Origin: Candidatus Micrarchaeaceae archaeon
Lineage (GTDB): Archaea; Micrarchaeota; Micrarchaeia; Micrarchaeales; Micrarchaeaceae
DNA: 18,437 nucleotides
Direction: 5' to 3'
Assembly (NCBI GenBank): GCA_050013715.1
Contig: JBEKES010000016.1
Location: 1-18,437, forward strand
The notes below the pieces were generated by a model. It was not told the DNA's origin. It did no database searches and saw nothing but the letters and a program-made list of their open reading frames with translations. Shown here one piece after another: positions 16,008-18,437 of this stretch (its first letter is position 1; the number at the start of each line of letters is the position of its first letter). A program made the translations under genes and the position numbers.

Positions 16008-16598
16008 TTATCTCTTGTTGCCCCTTCTCGGCTGGCCCCTTGGGGTTCTTGCCTTCATCTTGTCTCCCTCATTTATCCATTCCTGTTTTCCGAGCCCTTC
16101 GGGCTTCATTGTGAGCGCTATCTTTGAATCTTTTACAGAGTTCTTCATGCTTACTGTTGATATTTTTGCGAATACCATGTCTCCCTTCTTCAGCGTTCGG
16201 CCGCTTCTCTTTGATACAAACGCTGGTACTTTTCTGTCAAACGATAAGAAGTCGTTCGTAATCTGAGACACGTGCACCAGTCCGTCTATTGGTCCTATTC
16301 GTATGAATGCTCCGAATTCAGCCAATTCTGTCACTTCGCCTACTACTACCTCTTCTACATAGGGCATGTAGGTGAGCATGTCAAATTCAACATCATGATG
16401 TGTAGATGGATCTCCAGCAAATATGGTTCCATCACTTATGTTCCTTACCTTGAAAACCGCTACTATGACTCCCAGATTCTTCTCTATGGTTCCTTCATAC
16501 TTCTTTTTCAGTATGTCAGTAGCTACCTTTTCTATGTCCTTGTCAAAATACTCAGGAGGCATCTTGAACGTGTCTTTTACAGAATATACATAATACAT
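16008..16598 (-). CDS. rpoE1: DNA-directed RNA polymerase subunit E' (Rpo7)
   Basis: PPEYF, EVVVGEV, FGAFIRIGPIDGLVHVSQI, S1 domain, KIALTMKPEGLGK. ATG 16598 behind RBS GAGTGAG preferred over TTG 16610. Confidence 0.97.
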   Translation of the reverse strand: MYYVYSVKDTFKMPPEYFDKDIEKVATDILKKKYEGTIEKNLGVIVAVFKVRNISDGTIFAGDPSTHHDVEFDMLTYMPYVEEVVVGEVTELAEFGAFIRIGPIDGLVHVSQITNDFLSFDRKVPAFVSKRSGRTLKKGDMVFAKISTVSMKNSVKDSKIALTMKPEGLGKQEWINEGDKMKARTPRGQPRRGNKR

Positions 16599-16606
16599 GG
16601 TCTCAC

Positions 16607-16984
16607 TCAAAATAGTTTCAAAATTCCGCTTTTCGATATTTTATATACCTTGACATTGATTAGGGAAAGCTTTTTTGCAAGAATTGTATCGTTTGTTATT
16701 ACAATGCAATTCCTGTCCCTTGAAGCAGAATCTAATATATACTTGTCAGGATATACGCTTATATTATCAACATTAATCTTTTTAGCCTTTAGCTCCAGGA
16801 GCGCAACCCTGGCTCTAATGCCTTTTGCACCATTGGTATTGGAAAACTTGGTCAATTCCTTTATTATGCCTCTAGATACCGTGAGTTTGTATCCTGAAAA
16901 CTGCTCCTTTGCCCTTTCGAATACGTTCCTATTGTACGTGAAACCAAACAGTATGGAGCTAGTGTCTATTATTACCCTTTTCAA
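16607..16984 (-). CDS. PIN-domain ribonuclease (Fcf1/Utp24-like, conserved upstream of rpoE1)
   Basis: VIIDTS, IIKEL, PDKYIL and VITND supply the acidic residues; canonical position; TTG start behind AGTGA. Confidence 0.88.
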   Translation of the reverse strand: MKRVIIDTSSILFGFTYNRNVFERAKEQFSGYKLTVSRGIIKELTKFSNTNGAKGIRARVALLELKAKKINVDNISVYPDKYILDSASRDRNCIVITNDTILAKKLSLINVKVYKISKSGILKLF

Positions 16985-16988
16985 ATTA

Positions 16989-17405
16989 TCACTTGAGCTG
17001 CAATTTTCCTGCCTTGAGCATCTTCAGTCTTTCCTTCACTGCAAGCTTTCTCTCCCGCTCAAGGCGCTTTTCAAGATAAGTCCTTAATATTGTTGCATTG
17101 TTCCTGTGCTCTTCCTTTGCTGCAAATACAAGCGTTACTGGATCCGTTGCCTCTGCTATTCTAATCAATTGCTCAATGGCCCTGTTGTCCCTGAGCTCCT
17201 CGAGGTATCTTTTCTTGAACTTGAGCCATTTCTTGGGATCATGCATGTACCATTTCCTGAGTTCGTCGCTGGGCGCAACGTTCTTGAGCCATATGTCGAC
17301 GTTAGGGGTATTTCTTCTAATGCCTCTCGGCCAAAGCCTGTCAACGAGTACCCTTCTCCCGTCAGTAACTAGAAACCTCTCGTAAACCCTCTTGACCAGG
17401 ATCAT
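16989..17405 (-). CDS. DUF488 family protein (YeaO-like)
   Basis: KRVY, DGRRVLVDRLWPRG, WLKNVAPSDELRKW, FKKRYLEEL, VTLVFAAK, NNA. Confidence 0.92.
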   Translation of the reverse strand: MILVKRVYERFLVTDGRRVLVDRLWPRGIRRNTPNVDIWLKNVAPSDELRKWYMHDPKKWLKFKKRYLEELRDNRAIEQLIRIAEATDPVTLVFAAKEEHRNNATILRTYLEKRLERERKLAVKERLKMLKAGKLQLK

Positions 17406-17431
17406 TTAACCATATAATAGAAGCAACTATC

Positions 17432-17446
17432 TTTTAAAAACTTTTC
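17432..17446 (-). promoter_or_regulatory. BRE + TATA box upstream of the DUF488-PIN-rpoE1-spt4 run
   Basis: Minus strand reads GAAAAG-T-TTTTAAAA, about 27 bp before ATG 17405. Confidence 0.55.
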
Positions 17447-17454
17447 CTATAAGC

Positions 17455-17478
17455 TATTGCTTGGAAAAGCAAGCAATA
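17455..17478. terminator. Perfect 9-bp hairpin (terminator or operator)
   Basis: TATTGCTTG-GAAAAG-CAAGCAATA, 5 bp after the lplB-like stop and just upstream of the BRE/TATA. Confidence 0.5.
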
Positions 17479-17483
17479 TTTGC

Positions 17484-17768
17484 TCAATCTTTCTTTTCCT
17501 CCTTAAGTCCCATTATCGCATTTATGAAATCTTCCTTGATAAGATTGGGTGTTTCCACTCCCAGCATGTAAAATACGCCAACGGCATTGCCTACGAACTT
17601 CCTCTCAAGCTCAACTCCGCTCAGATGCTTTTCGATAAGAGAAAGCGCATCATCTGGCTTTATTGTAAAATCGCCGCTGATCTTTATGCTCAGTATTACG
17701 TTGTTCTCGACTTCTGCGTCTACCGTTATGAAACCCATTTTAGTTGCATAGGTATTGGTCATTCGCAT
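17484..17768 (-). CDS. lplB: Stand-alone lipoate-protein ligase C-terminal domain (LplB-like)
   Basis: K.GFITVDAEVENNVILSIKISGDF...P...IEKHLSG matches the LplA C-terminal domain pattern; 94 aa. Confidence 0.78.
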   Translation of the reverse strand: MRMTNTYATKMGFITVDAEVENNVILSIKISGDFTIKPDDALSLIEKHLSGVELERKFVGNAVGVFYMLGVETPNLIKEDFINAIMGLKEEKKD

Positions 17769-17845
17769 AATACTAATTCACAATAAGATTATAAGATTTT
17801 GTGTATTATACTTAATTAGTAAAATAACTGTCTAATGTGATCCCT

Positions 17846-18437
17846 ATGCCAGAACCCCTGCAGGCCCAAATGAGCCCTTTCGAAATATCTGATATAACTC
17901 AAGAGACTCCAGAAGTAAATGGATTCAAGTTTAAATCAGTTGACAATAAAATGAAAATAAAGTTTGATCCTGGAATGTTTGTAATGCTAACTTACGTCAA
18001 TAATGAAACAAAGGAAAAGATAGCAAGGGCATTCTCGCTTGCCTCTGCTCCCAGCGAGAATTTTCTTGAATTCTACATAAGCATGATTCATGGAAGATTC
18101 ACATCACATCTCGATACTGCAAAAGTCGGCGACATATACTATGTCAGCGGTCCCCATGGCCAATTCAAGTTCGTTCCAAGTGAAGACAAGAAGGTACTTT
18201 ACCTTGCAGGGGGAACAGGCATAGCTCCTTTCATTTCAATGCTTAGGGAAATAAAACTTCTTTCTTCAGATAATGATGTTTCGATAATATACAGCATAAG
18301 ATACCCAAACGAAATAATAAGGAAAGAAGAACTAGAGCAACTTGAAAAAGAATTGAAACTGAAGACAACAGTTACTGTGACTAGGTCAAAGGATGGAGAT
18401 GGCTGGAATGGCGAAAAAGGCCACATAAACGCCGACA
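17846..18437 (+). CDS. FAD/NAD(P)-binding oxidoreductase, ferredoxin-reductase (FNR) family; 3' truncated by window end
   Basis: Not in the ORF track. Manual translation from ATG 17846: MPEPLQAQ...ETPEV...FDPGMFV...RAFSLAS (RxYS motif)...GRFTSHL...GPHGQF...LAGGTGIAPFISML...GHINAD; RBS GTGA. Confidence 0.93.
   Translation, partial: MPEPLQAQMSPFEISDITQETPEVNGFKFKSVDNKMKIKFDPGMFVMLTYVNNETKEKIARAFSLASAPSENFLEFYISMIHGRFTSHLDTAKVGDIYYVSGPHGQFKFVPSEDKKVLYLAGGTGIAPFISMLREIKLLSSDNDVSIIYSIRYPNEIIRKEELEQLEKELKLKTTVTVTRSKDGDGWNGEKGHINAD

Noticed and set aside
16607..16984. PIN as a VapC toxin of a toxin-antitoxin pair
   Set aside because: Its position upstream of rpoE1 is the conserved housekeeping Fcf1-like PIN; no adjacent antitoxin.
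16272..17087. 271-aa plus-strand ORF
   Set aside because: Antisense to rpoE1, PIN and DUF488; no motif.
17457..18426. Track ORFs 17457-17786 (+) and 18199-18426 (-)
   Set aside because: Antisense shadows of the lplB-like gene and the FNR-type gene.

Overview
Gene-dense archaeal chromosomal segment. The markers are archaeal fibrillarin, archaeal GluRS, long FKBP, RpoE1/Spt4/PIN, GGTG/GTGA ribosome-binding sites and TATA-type promoters; a DPANN/Micrarchaeota-like origin is plausible but is my inference, not a database result. I call 21 protein genes plus one possible gene end at the left edge. Layout: (i) 1-240, a structured repeat region with two ~50-54 bp-period repeat families and two CCCTnTAGGG palindromes; (ii) MFS transporter, Nudix, and an AbrB-PhoU regulator divergent from a fused transketolase-like enzyme with unusual acceptor-site residues; (iii) an AT-rich accessory block (~5100-8820) with a hypothetical, an alpha/beta hydrolase, a secreted protein with a duplicated unrecognised domain, a surface glycoprotein and an atypical Nudix; (iv) fibrillarin, a Zn-ribbon helical protein, gltX, a membrane protein, FKBP and a histidine phosphatase; (v) a minus-strand run DUF488-PIN-rpoE1-spt4-2OG-Fe(II) dioxygenase-epimerase; (vi) an LplB-like protein divergent from an FNR-family oxidoreductase that runs off the window end and is missing from the ORF track. 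No tRNA, rRNA, cas, transposase or integrase gene was recognised. The best candidates for new biology are the PhoU-linked divergent transketolase, the left-end repeat region and the duplicated-domain secreted protein.
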